A stretch of 64,000 nucleotides of DNA. It comes from Escherichia coli. GTDB taxonomy: Bacteria; Pseudomonadota; Gammaproteobacteria; Enterobacterales; Enterobacteriaceae. The position numbers and the translations under genes are program-made. Shown piece after piece: positions 17,761 through 27,177 of this stretch. Where the stretch lies: NCBI RefSeq assembly GCF_024223415.1, contig NZ_CP100500.1; one strand, given 5' to 3'. Every line of letters starts with the position of its first letter. Positions within the stretch are counted from its first letter, which is position 1. The notes below the pieces were generated by a model that did not search any database, was not told the origin of the DNA, and was given only the letters and a program-made list of their open reading frames with translations.

Positions 17761-17886
17761 CCAGTTTTGTTTTGCAGAACATCCTCAACTAAAAGCTTAT
17801 AGAAAGAGAGCCTGAGATATTTTTTCTGTCTCTCGTAGTTGTTTGTTTTTTTTTTCGAACAGGCTTACAACTTACAGGATATAAAC

Positions 17887-18336
17887 ATGCAAGAAGAAGC
17901 AAATAAAATTCTTGTTGATTTATTGAAGAAGGCCAGCGATGGAATTGATTCCGCCATTGCATTCAGTCAGGCTCAGATTCCGGATGTTGTTCATCAGTTG
18001 CTGGTATGGAATATGGTTGATAGCCTGATTAAAACATTAATAGCCATTTCAACAATCCCTCTGGTTTTCTGGTTTATGAAGAAGCAGTGCCAAAGAGTTG
18101 AGACAGGTAAAATCGGTGATGAAGGATATTCATGGGAGAAGGGAAATCCCAAATACAGGCCGACAATGGTTTGGGATAGCAAAGGTGATATTAATCTTCT
18201 TATCGTGCCATTGGTTGGAGTTTTGACTATGTGGGGGATTTTTATTATTTGTGCAGTAACCAATATGACATGGTTAAAAATCTGGCTGGCACCTAAGTTA
18301 TATCTAATCGAATACGCAGCATCACTAATTAAATAG
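17887..18336 (+). CDS. Small membrane protein (~150 aa, two predicted TM helices), second gene of the repeat-flanked cassette
   Basis: ORF-track frame 17839..18336; start ATG 17887; hydrophobic segments LIKTLIAISTIPLVFWFM and LLIVPLVGVLTMWGIFIICAV. Confidence 0.5.
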   Translation: MQEEANKILVDLLKKASDGIDSAIAFSQAQIPDVVHQLLVWNMVDSLIKTLIAISTIPLVFWFMKKQCQRVETGKIGDEGYSWEKGNPKYRPTMVWDSKGDINLLIVPLVGVLTMWGIFIICAVTNMTWLKIWLAPKLYLIEYAASLIK

Positions 18337-18337
18337 T

Positions 18338-18560
18338 CCATTACAAAAGCCATTCGCTACAGAGTGGCTTTGATAATGGTTTATACCCTGTACGGGATAA
18401 CTTAACTGATATCCCTTTTAACGGATAAAGGTATTCAAGCCTGACACATCATGCGCTGTATCGTCGCCGTATTCCCGTATTAACAGAGACCGTAGCCCGA
18501 CGGGGAACTCCTTCTGCGCGAGTGTGCGGGAATAATCAAAAACGATGCACACCGGGTTTT
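18338..18560. repeat. Direct repeat copy 2 (~223 bp), immediately after the membrane-protein stop codon
   Basis: Near-identical to 16551..16774. Confidence 0.8.
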
Positions 18561-18631
18561 ACTGTGCTGACAGACGCAGGGTTACTCTCATAGTCGCTTT
18601 TCCGGTGCGATGGTGGAAGAAACCGGGATGT

Positions 18632-18826
18632 TTATTCATCATCTATTTGGATTGATGTATATGCTCTCTTTTCTGACGTTAGTCTCCGACGGCAGGCTTC
18701 AATGACCCAGGCTGAGAAATTCCCGGACCCTTTTTGCTCAAGAGCGATGTTAATTTGTTCAATCATTTGGTTAGGAAAGCGGATGTTGCGGGTTGTTGTT
18801 CTGCGGGTTTTGTTCTTCGTTGACAT
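18632..18826 (-). CDS. Small DNA-binding-like protein (possible ribbon-helix-helix fold) with basic N-terminal tail
   Basis: 64-aa ORF MSTKNKTRRTTTRNIRFPNQMIEQINIALEQKGSGNFSAWVIEACRRRL...; fold assignment is inference. Confidence 0.35.
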   Translation of the reverse strand: MSTKNKTRRTTTRNIRFPNQMIEQINIALEQKGSGNFSAWVIEACRRRLTSEKRAYTSIQIDDE

Positions 18827-19014
18827 GAGGTTGCCCCGTATTCAGTGTCGCTGATTTGTATTGTCTGAAGTTGTTTTTACGTTAAGTTGATGCAGATCAA
18901 TTAATACGATACCTGCGTCATAATTTATTATTTGACGTGGTTTGATGGCGTAGATGCACGTTGTGACATGTAGATGATAATTATTATCATTTTGCGGGTC
19001 CTTTCCGGCATGTG

Positions 19015-19060
19015 GACCGTTACGGGGCGTCGACCTCGCGGTTTTTCGCTATTTATGAGA
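19015..19060. other. cos site (cosN with lambda-like cohesive-end sequence, start of cosB)
   Basis: ggggcgtcgacctcgcggtttttcgctatttatga closely resembles the lambda cos sequence GGGCGGCGACCTCGCGGGTTTTCGCTATTTATGA as recalled; located ~200 bp upstream of Nu1. Confidence 0.8.
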
Positions 19061-19252
19061 TTTTTTGAGGGGGTGGTTGTTGTTTAATTGTTTGGTATAT
19101 CTAATTGATAAGTAAGGTGAAAATAAAATAAATACAACAACCTTACGATGTGCTTTGATGTCATTAATGTGAAAAAATTAAATGATATCAAATGGTTTTG
19201 TAAAAACACATGGTTGTTGTATCGCTTTTTATCGATGACTTATGGAGAGGAG

Positions 19253-19759
19253 ATGGCCTTTTTATTGAATAAAAGTGATATGGCCTCCTCCATCGGTATC
19301 TCTGTTCAGGCATTTGATAAATGGGGTGTTCCTCCTGTCGAGCGTCGGGGGAGGGAAGTTTTTTATGACGTTAAAACTGTACTGGAGATAGATCGCGAGC
19401 GGCGACAACACAATCATAGAACACCTGATGACGGGGGCGATCTGGAGGAAAGGCTGCTTCGGGCCAGAGCTGAACTGACAGAAGAACAGGCCGTAGCTCA
19501 AAAACTTAAAAATCAGGTAACCGAAGGTAAGCTCATCGATTCAGACTTCTGCGTTTTCGCCCTCAGCAAGCTGGCGATGGCATTGTCCAGTACGCTTGAT
19601 TCTATTCCGTTATCCATGCAGCGACAGTTCCCGGATTTAACGCCACGTCATCTTGACCATCTGAAAACCCTTATTGCGAAGGGCGCAAATCAGTGTGCGC
19701 GGGCAGGGGATAAATTACCGGATTTGCTGGATGAATATATCAGAGCAACAACTGAATAA
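19253..19759 (+). CDS. nu1: Terminase small subunit (lambda Nu1-like)
   Basis: FCVFALSKLAMALSSTLDSIPLSMQRQFPDLTPRHLDHLK resembles lambda Nu1; start at ATG 19253 (GGAGAGGAG RBS). Confidence 0.8.
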   Translation: MAFLLNKSDMASSIGISVQAFDKWGVPPVERRGREVFYDVKTVLEIDRERRQHNHRTPDDGGDLEERLLRARAELTEEQAVAQKLKNQVTEGKLIDSDFCVFALSKLAMALSSTLDSIPLSMQRQFPDLTPRHLDHLKTLIAKGANQCARAGDKLPDLLDEYIRATTE

Positions 19760-21659
19760 TCTGATGGCTGCCGTTTCGGTTGCGCTGCAGCCTCTGGTCA
19801 GGGTTGTACCGATGACGGCAGTTGAATGGGCTGATCAAAATTATTATCTGCCGAAAGAATCCTCATACGGTGACGGCGAATGGAAAACGCTGCCGTTCCA
19901 GATCGCCATCATGAACAGTATGGGGAATGATCAGGTCCGCACTGTTAATCTGATTAAATCTGCCCGTATTGGTTATACAAAGATGTTGCTGGGGGTGGTC
20001 GGGTATTTTATTGAGCATAAATCCCGAAACAGTCTGCTTTTTCAGCCCACGGATTCTGCCGCTGAAGATTTTATGAAGTCTCACGTGGAGACGACGATTA
20101 GGGACGTGCCATGCCTGAAAGACCTTTCCCCATGGCTGGGTCGTAAACATCGTGATAATACCCTCACGCTGAAACGCTTTTCATCGGGCGTCGGTTTCTG
20201 GTGCCTGGGCGGCGCTGCCGCCAAAAACTACCGTGAAAAATCCGTGGACGTGGTCTGCTATGACGAACTCTCATCGTTTGAACCTGATGTTGAAAAAGAG
20301 GGCTCGCCAACCCTGCTGGGGGATAAGCGTATTGAGGGCTCTGTATGGCCAAAATCCATTCGCGGCTCGACGCCTAAAATCAAAGGCTCCTGCCAGATCG
20401 AAAAAGCCGCTAACGAGTCGGCACATTTCATGCGTTTTTATGTGCCCTGTCCGCACTGTGGGGAGGAGCAGTATCTGAAATTTGGTGATGATGCCTCGGC
20501 TTTCGGTCTTAAGTGGGAGAAGAATAAGCCAGAAAGTGTTTTCTACCTTTGTGAGCATCATGGCTGTGTGATCCATCAGTCTGAGCTTGACCAGAGTAAC
20601 GGGCGGTGGATCTGTGAAAACACGGGGATGTGGACCCGTGACGGTCTGACGTTTTTCAGCGCCCGGGGTGATGAAATTCCGCCGCCGCGCTCCATCACTT
20701 TCCATATCTGGACGGCGTACAGTCCGTTCACCACCTGGGTACAGATAGTCTATGACTGGCTGGATGCACTGAAAGATCCCAACGGCCTGAAAACCTTTGT
20801 GAACACCACGCTGGGCGAGACCTGGGAAGAGGCCGTGGGCGAAAAACTCGATCACCAGGTACTGATGGATAAGGTTGTGCGTTACACGGCGGCGGTGCCT
20901 GCCCGGGTGGTTTATCTGACGGCGGGCATTGACTCGCAGCGAAACCGTTTTGAGATGTATGTCTGGGGATGGGCTCCGGGAGAGGAAGCCTTTCTGGTGG
21001 ATAAAATCATCATTATGGGACGTCCCGATGAGGAAGAGACGCTGTTACGTGTGGATGCGGCGATCAACAAAAAATACTGCCATGCAGACGGAACCGAAAT
21101 GACCATTTCCCGTGTCTGCTGGGACATCGGGGGGATCGATGGCGAAATCGTTTATCAGAGGTCAAAAAAACACGGTGTTTTCCGGGTGCTGCCGGTAAAA
21201 GGCGCATCTGTCTATGGCAAGCCGGTGATCACCATGCCAAAAACCCGCAATCAGCGGGGCGTGTATCTGTGTGAAGTGGGGACGGACACCGCAAAAGAAA
21301 TTCTCTATGCCCGTATGAAAGCCGCTCCCACGCCTGCGGATGAATCCACGTCGTATGCCATCCGTTTTCCTGATGATCCGGAGATTTTTTCGCAGACAGA
21401 GGCGCAGCAACTGGTCGCGGAAGAGCTTGTGGAGAAGTGGGAAAAAGGAAAGATGCGTCTGCTGTGGGATAACAAAAAGCGGCGTAACGAAGCGCTGGAC
21501 TGCCTGGTGTATGCCTACGCGGCATTACGTGTGTCCGTGCAACGCTGGCAGCTTGATCTGGCTGTACTGGCAAAATCCCGGGAAGAAGAGACGACCCGGC
21601 CAACCCTTAAAGAACTGGCAGCGAAGCTGTCCGGAGGAGTGAATGGTTACAGTCGCTGA
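19731..21659 (+). CDS. A: Terminase large subunit (lambda gpA-like)
   Basis: MNISEQQLNNLMAAV ... TAVEWADQNYYLPKES ... closely resembles lambda A; overlaps the Nu1 end. Confidence 0.9.
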   Translation: MNISEQQLNNLMAAVSVALQPLVRVVPMTAVEWADQNYYLPKESSYGDGEWKTLPFQIAIMNSMGNDQVRTVNLIKSARIGYTKMLLGVVGYFIEHKSRNSLLFQPTDSAAEDFMKSHVETTIRDVPCLKDLSPWLGRKHRDNTLTLKRFSSGVGFWCLGGAAAKNYREKSVDVVCYDELSSFEPDVEKEGSPTLLGDKRIEGSVWPKSIRGSTPKIKGSCQIEKAANESAHFMRFYVPCPHCGEEQYLKFGDDASAFGLKWEKNKPESVFYLCEHHGCVIHQSELDQSNGRWICENTGMWTRDGLTFFSARGDEIPPPRSITFHIWTAYSPFTTWVQIVYDWLDALKDPNGLKTFVNTTLGETWEEAVGEKLDHQVLMDKVVRYTAAVPARVVYLTAGIDSQRNRFEMYVWGWAPGEEAFLVDKIIIMGRPDEEETLLRVDAAINKKYCHADGTEMTISRVCWDIGGIDGEIVYQRSKKHGVFRVLPVKGASVYGKPVITMPKTRNQRGVYLCEVGTDTAKEILYARMKAAPTPADESTSYAIRFPDDPEIFSQTEAQQLVAEELVEKWEKGKMRLLWDNKKRRNEALDCLVYAYAALRVSVQRWQLDLAVLAKSREEETTRPTLKELAAKLSGGVNGYSR

Positions 21660-21849
21660 ACTGCAGGCGCTGCGTCAGGCGCGCCTTGATTTATTAACCG
21701 GTAAACGGGTGGTGTCTGTCCAGAAAGATGGTCGCAGAATTGAATATACGGCGGCTTCTCTGGATGAGCTTAACCGGGCGATCAATGATGCGGAGTCGGT
21801 ACTGGGGACAACCCGACGTCGCCGTCGTCCGCTGGGAGTGAGGTTATGA
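21643..21849 (+). CDS. W: Head-tail joining protein W
   Basis: 68-aa ORF with LTGKRVVSVQKDGRRIEYTAAS resembling lambda gpW. Confidence 0.8.
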   Translation: MVTVAELQALRQARLDLLTGKRVVSVQKDGRRIEYTAASLDELNRAINDAESVLGTTRRRRRPLGVRL

Positions 21850-23438
21850 AAAGAACGCCTGTCCTGATTGATGTGAACGGCGTTCCGCTTCGTGAGAGTC
21901 TCAGCTACAACGGGGGCGGCGCAGGATTTGGCGGGCAAATGGCGGAGTGGTTGCCACCGGCGCAGAGTGTCGATGCGGCCCTGCTGCCCGCGTTGCGTCT
22001 GGGGAATGCCCGGGCAGATGATCTGGTGCGCAATAACGGAATAGCGGCTAATGCGGTGGCCCTGCATAAGGATCACATAGTCGGGCATATGTTTCTGATC
22101 AGCTACCGTCCGAACTGGCGCTGGCTGGGGATGCGGGAGACCGCAGCAAAAAGCTTTGTCGATGAGGTGGAGGCGGCCTGGTCGGAATACGCCGAAGGGA
22201 TGTCTGGCGAGATCGACGTGGAAGGAAAACGCACGTTCACGGAATTTATCCGTGAAGGTGTGGGCGTTCATGCGTTTAACGGCGAAATCTTTGTGCAGCC
22301 GGTCTGGGATACGGAAACCACGCAGTTATTCCGTACGCGTTTTAAAGCCGTGAGTCCGAAACGGGTGGACACGCCTGGACACGGTATGGGGAACCGCTTT
22401 CTGCGGGCCGGGGTGGAGGTCGATCGGCATGGACGGGCCGTTGCGTACCATATCTGTGAGGATGATTTTCCGCTCTCTGGTAGTGGACGATGGGAACGGA
22501 TCCCGCGTGAACTTCCCACCGGGCGTCCGGCCATGCTGCATATTTTCGAGCCGGTTGAGGACGGGCAGACCCGTGGGGCTAATCAGTTTTACAGCGTCAT
22601 GGAACGGCTGAAAATGCTCGATTCCCTGCAGGCAACACAGCTTCAGTCAGCCATAGTGAAGGCGATGTATGCAGCGACGATTGAAAGTGAACTTGATACC
22701 GAAAAGGCCTTTGAATATATCGCCGGTGCGCCGGAGGGGCAGAAGGATAATCCGCTTATTAATATTCTGGAGAAGTTCTCCAGCTGGTATGACACGAATA
22801 ACGTGACACTGGGCGGTGTCAAAATTCCGCACCTTTTCCCCGGTGATGATCTGAAACTACAGACTGCGCAGGATTCAGACAATGGATTTTCTGCGCTTGA
22901 ACAGGCGCTGCTGCGGTATATCGCCGCCGGTCTTGGCGTTTCCTACGAACAGTTGTCCCGTGATTACTCGAAGGTCAGTTATTCAAGTGCCCGCGCCTCC
23001 GCCAATGAGTCGTGGCGCTATTTTATGGGGCGGCGAAAATTTATTGCGGCCCGGCTGGCCACGCAGATGTTTTCCTGCTGGCTGGAAGAGGCTCTTCTGC
23101 GGGGGATTATTCGTCCGCCACGGGCGCGTTTTGATTTTTATCAGGCGCGTTCATCCTGGTCACGGGCAGAGTGGATTGGAGCCGGAAGAATGGCCATTGA
23201 CGGGCTCAAGGAGGTCCAGGAATCGGTGATGCGCATTGAGGCCGGACTGAGCACGTATGAGAAAGAGCTGGCGCTGATGGGTGAGGATTATCAGGACATT
23301 TTCCGCCAGCAGGTCAGGGAATCTGCAGAGCGGGAAAAAGCCGGACTCTCACGTCCGGTGTGGATAGCGCAGGCGTATCAGCAGCAGATAGCGGCGAGTC
23401 GCAGGCCGGAAGAGGAGACAACACCACGTGAGACGTAA
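21846..23438 (+). CDS. B: Portal protein (lambda gpB-like)
   Basis: 530-aa ORF in the lambda B position. Confidence 0.85.
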   Translation: MKRTPVLIDVNGVPLRESLSYNGGGAGFGGQMAEWLPPAQSVDAALLPALRLGNARADDLVRNNGIAANAVALHKDHIVGHMFLISYRPNWRWLGMRETAAKSFVDEVEAAWSEYAEGMSGEIDVEGKRTFTEFIREGVGVHAFNGEIFVQPVWDTETTQLFRTRFKAVSPKRVDTPGHGMGNRFLRAGVEVDRHGRAVAYHICEDDFPLSGSGRWERIPRELPTGRPAMLHIFEPVEDGQTRGANQFYSVMERLKMLDSLQATQLQSAIVKAMYAATIESELDTEKAFEYIAGAPEGQKDNPLINILEKFSSWYDTNNVTLGGVKIPHLFPGDDLKLQTAQDSDNGFSALEQALLRYIAAGLGVSYEQLSRDYSKVSYSSARASANESWRYFMGRRKFIAARLATQMFSCWLEEALLRGIIRPPRARFDFYQARSSWSRAEWIGAGRMAIDGLKEVQESVMRIEAGLSTYEKELALMGEDYQDIFRQQVRESAEREKAGLSRPVWIAQAYQQQIAASRRPEEETTPRET

Positions 23439-24933
23439 TCTTTCACACATTATTGCCGCAGCATTCAATGAACCGCTGCTTCTGGAGCCCGCCTATGCGC
23501 GGGTTTTCTTTTGCGCGCTCGGGCGCGAGATGGGGGCAGCAAGTCTTTCGGTACCACAACAGCAGGTACAGCTTGATGCTCCCGGAATGCTGGCTGAAAC
23601 GGACGAGTACATGGCCGGAGGTAAACGACCGGCCCGTGTTTACCGGGTGGTGAACGGTATTGCTGTACTGCCGGTGACCGGCATGCTGGTGCACCGGCTG
23701 GGTGGTATGCGGCCATTTTCCGGAATGACAGGCTATGACGGCATTGTCGCCTGTCTTCAGCAGGCAATGGCGGACACCGCTGTCCGGGGCGTACTGCTGG
23801 ACATTGACAGTCCGGGCGGGCAGGTCGCAGGCGCGTTTGACTGCGCTGACATGATTTACCGCCTCCGTCAGCAGAAGCCGGTCTGGGCACTGTGCAATGA
23901 CACGGCCTGTTCTGCAGCCATGCTGCTGGCGTCGGCCTGCTCCCGACGGCTGGTTACCCAGACATCCCGTATCGGCTCCATTGGCGTGATGATGAGCCAT
24001 CTCAGCTATGCCGGTCATCTGGCGCAGGCCGGTGTGGATATCACGCTGATTTATGCCGGGGCGCACAAGGTGGATGGCAATCAGTTTGAAGCCTTACCGG
24101 AAGAGGTGCGTCAGGACATGCAGCAGCGCATTGATGCGGCACACCGGATGTTTGCCGAAAAAGTGGCGATGTATACCGGGCTGTCTGTGGATGTGGTCAC
24201 GGGAACAGAGGCCGCCGTTTTTGAAGGTCAGTCCGGCATTGAGGCCGGGCTGGCGGATGAATTAGTCAATGCGTCGGATGCCATCAGTGTGATGACCACG
24301 GCGCTGTACACACATGATACAGGAGGCACTATGCCGCAATTAACTGCAACGGAAGCCGCCGCGCAGGAGAACCAGCGAGTGATGGGGATCCTGACGAGTA
24401 AGGAAGCGAAAGGACGTGAACAGCTTGCCACGATGCTGGCGGGACAACAGGGCATGAGCGTTGAACAGGCCCGGGAGATCCTGGCCGCGGCGGCACCACA
24501 GCAGCCGGTGGCATCCGCGCAGAGTGAAGCCGATCGCATTATGGCGTGTGAAGAGGCGAAAGGTCGTGAACAACTGGCGGCAACGCTGGCGGCGATGCCG
24601 GAGATGACGGTGGAAAAAGCCCGCCCGATCCTGGCAGCTTCACCGCAGGCGGATGCCGGACCATCACTCCGTGATCAGATCATGGCCCTGGATGAGGCAA
24701 AAGGGGCTGAGGCGCAGGCTGAACAGCTGGCTGCCTGCCCGGGAATGACCGTGGAGAACGCCCGGGCTGTGCTGGCTGCGGGATCAGGTAAGGCAGAACC
24801 GGTCTCTGCATCCACAACCGCCATGTTTGAACATTTCATGGCGAACCATTCACCGGCAGCGGTACAGGGTGGCGTGCCACAGACGTCAGCAGACGGTGAT
24901 GCGGACGTGAAAATGCTCATGGCCATGCCATGA
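23428..24933 (+). CDS. C: Head maturation protease / scaffold (lambda gpC-like, S49 peptidase family) with three C-terminal ~40-aa tandem repeats
   Basis: 501-aa ORF in the lambda C position; repeats of the form EAKGREQLA...M..E.AR.ILAA. Confidence 0.8.
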   Translation: MRRNLSHIIAAAFNEPLLLEPAYARVFFCALGREMGAASLSVPQQQVQLDAPGMLAETDEYMAGGKRPARVYRVVNGIAVLPVTGMLVHRLGGMRPFSGMTGYDGIVACLQQAMADTAVRGVLLDIDSPGGQVAGAFDCADMIYRLRQQKPVWALCNDTACSAAMLLASACSRRLVTQTSRIGSIGVMMSHLSYAGHLAQAGVDITLIYAGAHKVDGNQFEALPEEVRQDMQQRIDAAHRMFAEKVAMYTGLSVDVVTGTEAAVFEGQSGIEAGLADELVNASDAISVMTTALYTHDTGGTMPQLTATEAAAQENQRVMGILTSKEAKGREQLATMLAGQQGMSVEQAREILAAAAPQQPVASAQSEADRIMACEEAKGREQLAATLAAMPEMTVEKARPILAASPQADAGPSLRDQIMALDEAKGAEAQAEQLAACPGMTVENARAVLAAGSGKAEPVSASTTAMFEHFMANHSPAAVQGGVPQTSADGDADVKMLMAMP

Positions 24934-24969
24934 AGCCAGTGCTGACCATCAATAGGAGGTTTTTACAAT

Positions 24970-25317
24970 ATGGTAACGAAAACCATCACTGAACAGCGTG
25001 CGGAAGTACGTATTTTTGCCGGTAATGATCCGGCTCATACCGCCACAGGCAGCAGCGGGATTTCCTCGCCAACACCGGCACTGACGCCCCTGATGCTGGA
25101 TGAAGCCACCGGGAAACTGGTGGTCTGGGACGGACAGAAAGCCGGTAGTGCGGTTGGCATACTGGTACTGCCGCTTGAAGGCACAGAGACGGTGCTGACG
25201 TATTACAAGTCGGGAACCTTTGCGACGGAGGCAATCCGCTGGCCTGACAGTGTGGATGAACACAAAAAGGCCAACGCCTTTGCCGGTAGTGCCCTGAGTC
25301 ACGCGGCGCTGCCGTAA
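24970..25317 (+). CDS. D: Head decoration protein (lambda gpD-like)
   Basis: DPAHTATG ... TPLMLD ... WDG ... YKSGTF ... FAG motifs shared with lambda D. Confidence 0.85.
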   Translation: MVTKTITEQRAEVRIFAGNDPAHTATGSSGISSPTPALTPLMLDEATGKLVVWDGQKAGSAVGILVLPLEGTETVLTYYKSGTFATEAIRWPDSVDEHKKANAFAGSALSHAALP

Positions 25318-25374
25318 CACGTTATCAGGCCACCGCGGTGGCCTGACTGATTTCTGAATGAAAGGAACTGATTT

Positions 25375-26403
25375 ATGGGATTGTTTACGACCCGCCAGTT
25401 ACTCGGTTATACCGAACAAAAAGTGAAATTTCGTGCGCTGTTTCTGGAGCTGTTTTTCCGTCGTACGGTGAATTTCCATACCGAAGAGGTGATGCTGGAC
25501 AAAATTACCGGAAAAACGCCGGTGGCGGCCTATGTCTCCCCGGTTGTTGAAGGAAAAGTGCTGCGTCATCGTGGTGGTGAAACCCGCGTGTTGCGTCCGG
25601 GCTACGTCAAGCCGAAACACGAATTTAATTCCCGGCAGGCGGTTGAGCGCCTTCCTGGTGAAGATCCGGCTCAACTGAACGATCCGGCTTACCGCCGTCT
25701 GCGTATCATTACCGATAACCTCAAACAGGAAGAGCACGCGATTGTCCAGGTGGAAGAAATGCAGGCGGTAAATGCCGTGCTGTATGGCAAATACACCATG
25801 GAAGGAGACCAGTTCGAGAAAATTGAGGTCGATTTTGGCAGGTCGACGAAGAATAACATTACGCAGGCCAGTGGTAAAAAATGGTCTGAGCACGATCGTG
25901 ACACGTTCGATCCTGCGCATGATATTGACCTCTACTGCGACCAGGCCAGCGGCCTTGTGAATATTGCCATTATGGACGGTACCGTCTGGCGTCTGCTGAA
26001 TGGTTTTAAGCTGTTCCGCGAAAAACTGGATACCCGTCGCGGTTCAAATTCGCAACTCGAAACGGCAGTGAAAGACCTGGGGGCGGTGGTGTCTTTCAAA
26101 GGGTATTACGGTGATCTGGCCATTGTGGTGGCGAAAACGTCTTATGTGGCAGAGGACGGTACCGAAAAACGTTATCTGCCAGACGGCACGCTGGTCCTGG
26201 GGAATACTGCTGCAGATGGGATCCGTTGTTACGGTGCCATTCAGGATGCACAGGCGTTGTCTGAAGGAGTGGTGGCCTCTTCCCGTTATCCGAAACACTG
26301 GCTGACGGTGGGGGATCCCGCCCGTGAATTTACCATGACGCAGTCCGCGCCGCTGATGGTGTTGCCGGACCCGGATGAGTTTGTGGTGGTACAGGTGAAA
26401 TAA
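25375..26403 (+). CDS. E: Major capsid protein (lambda gpE-like)
   Basis: PGYVKPKHE ... QVEEMQAV ... KLDTRRGSNS ... TGDPAREFTM ... SAPLM resemble lambda E. Confidence 0.9.
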   Translation: MGLFTTRQLLGYTEQKVKFRALFLELFFRRTVNFHTEEVMLDKITGKTPVAAYVSPVVEGKVLRHRGGETRVLRPGYVKPKHEFNSRQAVERLPGEDPAQLNDPAYRRLRIITDNLKQEEHAIVQVEEMQAVNAVLYGKYTMEGDQFEKIEVDFGRSTKNNITQASGKKWSEHDRDTFDPAHDIDLYCDQASGLVNIAIMDGTVWRLLNGFKLFREKLDTRRGSNSQLETAVKDLGAVVSFKGYYGDLAIVVAKTSYVAEDGTEKRYLPDGTLVLGNTAADGIRCYGAIQDAQALSEGVVASSRYPKHWLTVGDPAREFTMTQSAPLMVLPDPDEFVVVQVK

Positions 26404-26454
26404 TCCGTGAGCGGGGGCGAAATGCCCCCGTGTCTTTTTTCACAGGGGGCTGAT

Positions 26455-26817
26455 ATGGCAACGAAAGAGCAAAATCTGAAACGGCTTGATGAACTGGCCC
26501 TGATTCTGGGGCGTGAGCCGGATATATCCGGGAGTGCCGCAGAGATAGCGCAGCGGGTGGCGGAATGGGAAGAGGAAGCAGAGGACAAAAACCAGGAGAG
26601 TGATGAGAACGAAAGGCATTTGATGACGTATAGCCACTCCACTGGCGGGGATGAAATGAGCACTGTTCGTGTACTCAAAACCCTGCATGTGGCGGGAAAA
26701 CATCCGCATGATGACAGTGATATGGAGATTGTTGTTACAGGTATGACTGTCAGAGTTGATCCAGTGAATGTTGCGGAACTTGTCCTGGAGGGGCTTGTTA
26801 CAGATGAAAGTTATTAA
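26455..26817 (+). CDS. FI: DNA-packaging protein (lambda FI-like)
   Basis: Position between E and FII; start taken at MATKEQNLKRL. Confidence 0.6.
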   Translation: MATKEQNLKRLDELALILGREPDISGSAAEIAQRVAEWEEEAEDKNQESDENERHLMTYSHSTGGDEMSTVRVLKTLHVAGKHPHDDSDMEIVVTGMTVRVDPVNVAELVLEGLVTDESY

Positions 26818-27166
26818 TATCAGGGATAACGGTTTTGATACAGCCATTGCCCGGGCTGATGAAACGATACGCGGGCATATGGGAACGTCAGCCACCATTA
26901 CATCCGGTGAGCAGCCCGGCGCAGTAATACGTGGTGTTTTTGATGACCCTGAAAATATCAGCTATGCCGGACAGGGCGTGCGCGTTGAAGGCTCCAGCCC
27001 GTCCCTGTTTGTCCGGACTGATGATGTGCGGCAACTGCGGCGTGGAGACACGCTGACCATCGGTGAGGAAAACTTCTGGATAGACCGGGTTTCGCCGGAT
27101 GATGGCGGAAGCTGTCATCTCTGGCTTGGGCGGGGCGTACCGCCTGCCGTTAATCGTCGCCGCTGA
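26804..27166 (+). CDS. FII: Head-tail connector protein (lambda FII-like)
   Basis: FDTAIARADETIRGHMGTSATITSGEQPGAVIRGVFDDPENISYAGQGVRVEGSSPSLFVRTDD closely resembles lambda FII. Confidence 0.85.
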   Translation: MKVINIRDNGFDTAIARADETIRGHMGTSATITSGEQPGAVIRGVFDDPENISYAGQGVRVEGSSPSLFVRTDDVRQLRRGDTLTIGEENFWIDRVSPDDGGSCHLWLGRGVPPAVNRRR

Positions 27167-27177
27167 AAGGGGGATGT

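Noticed and set aside
16900-18336. Annotating the cassette as rexA/rexB
   Set aside because: Only gene order, sizes and the membrane topology of the second protein resemble RexAB; I see no sequence similarity and the location (late region) differs from the lambda immunity region.
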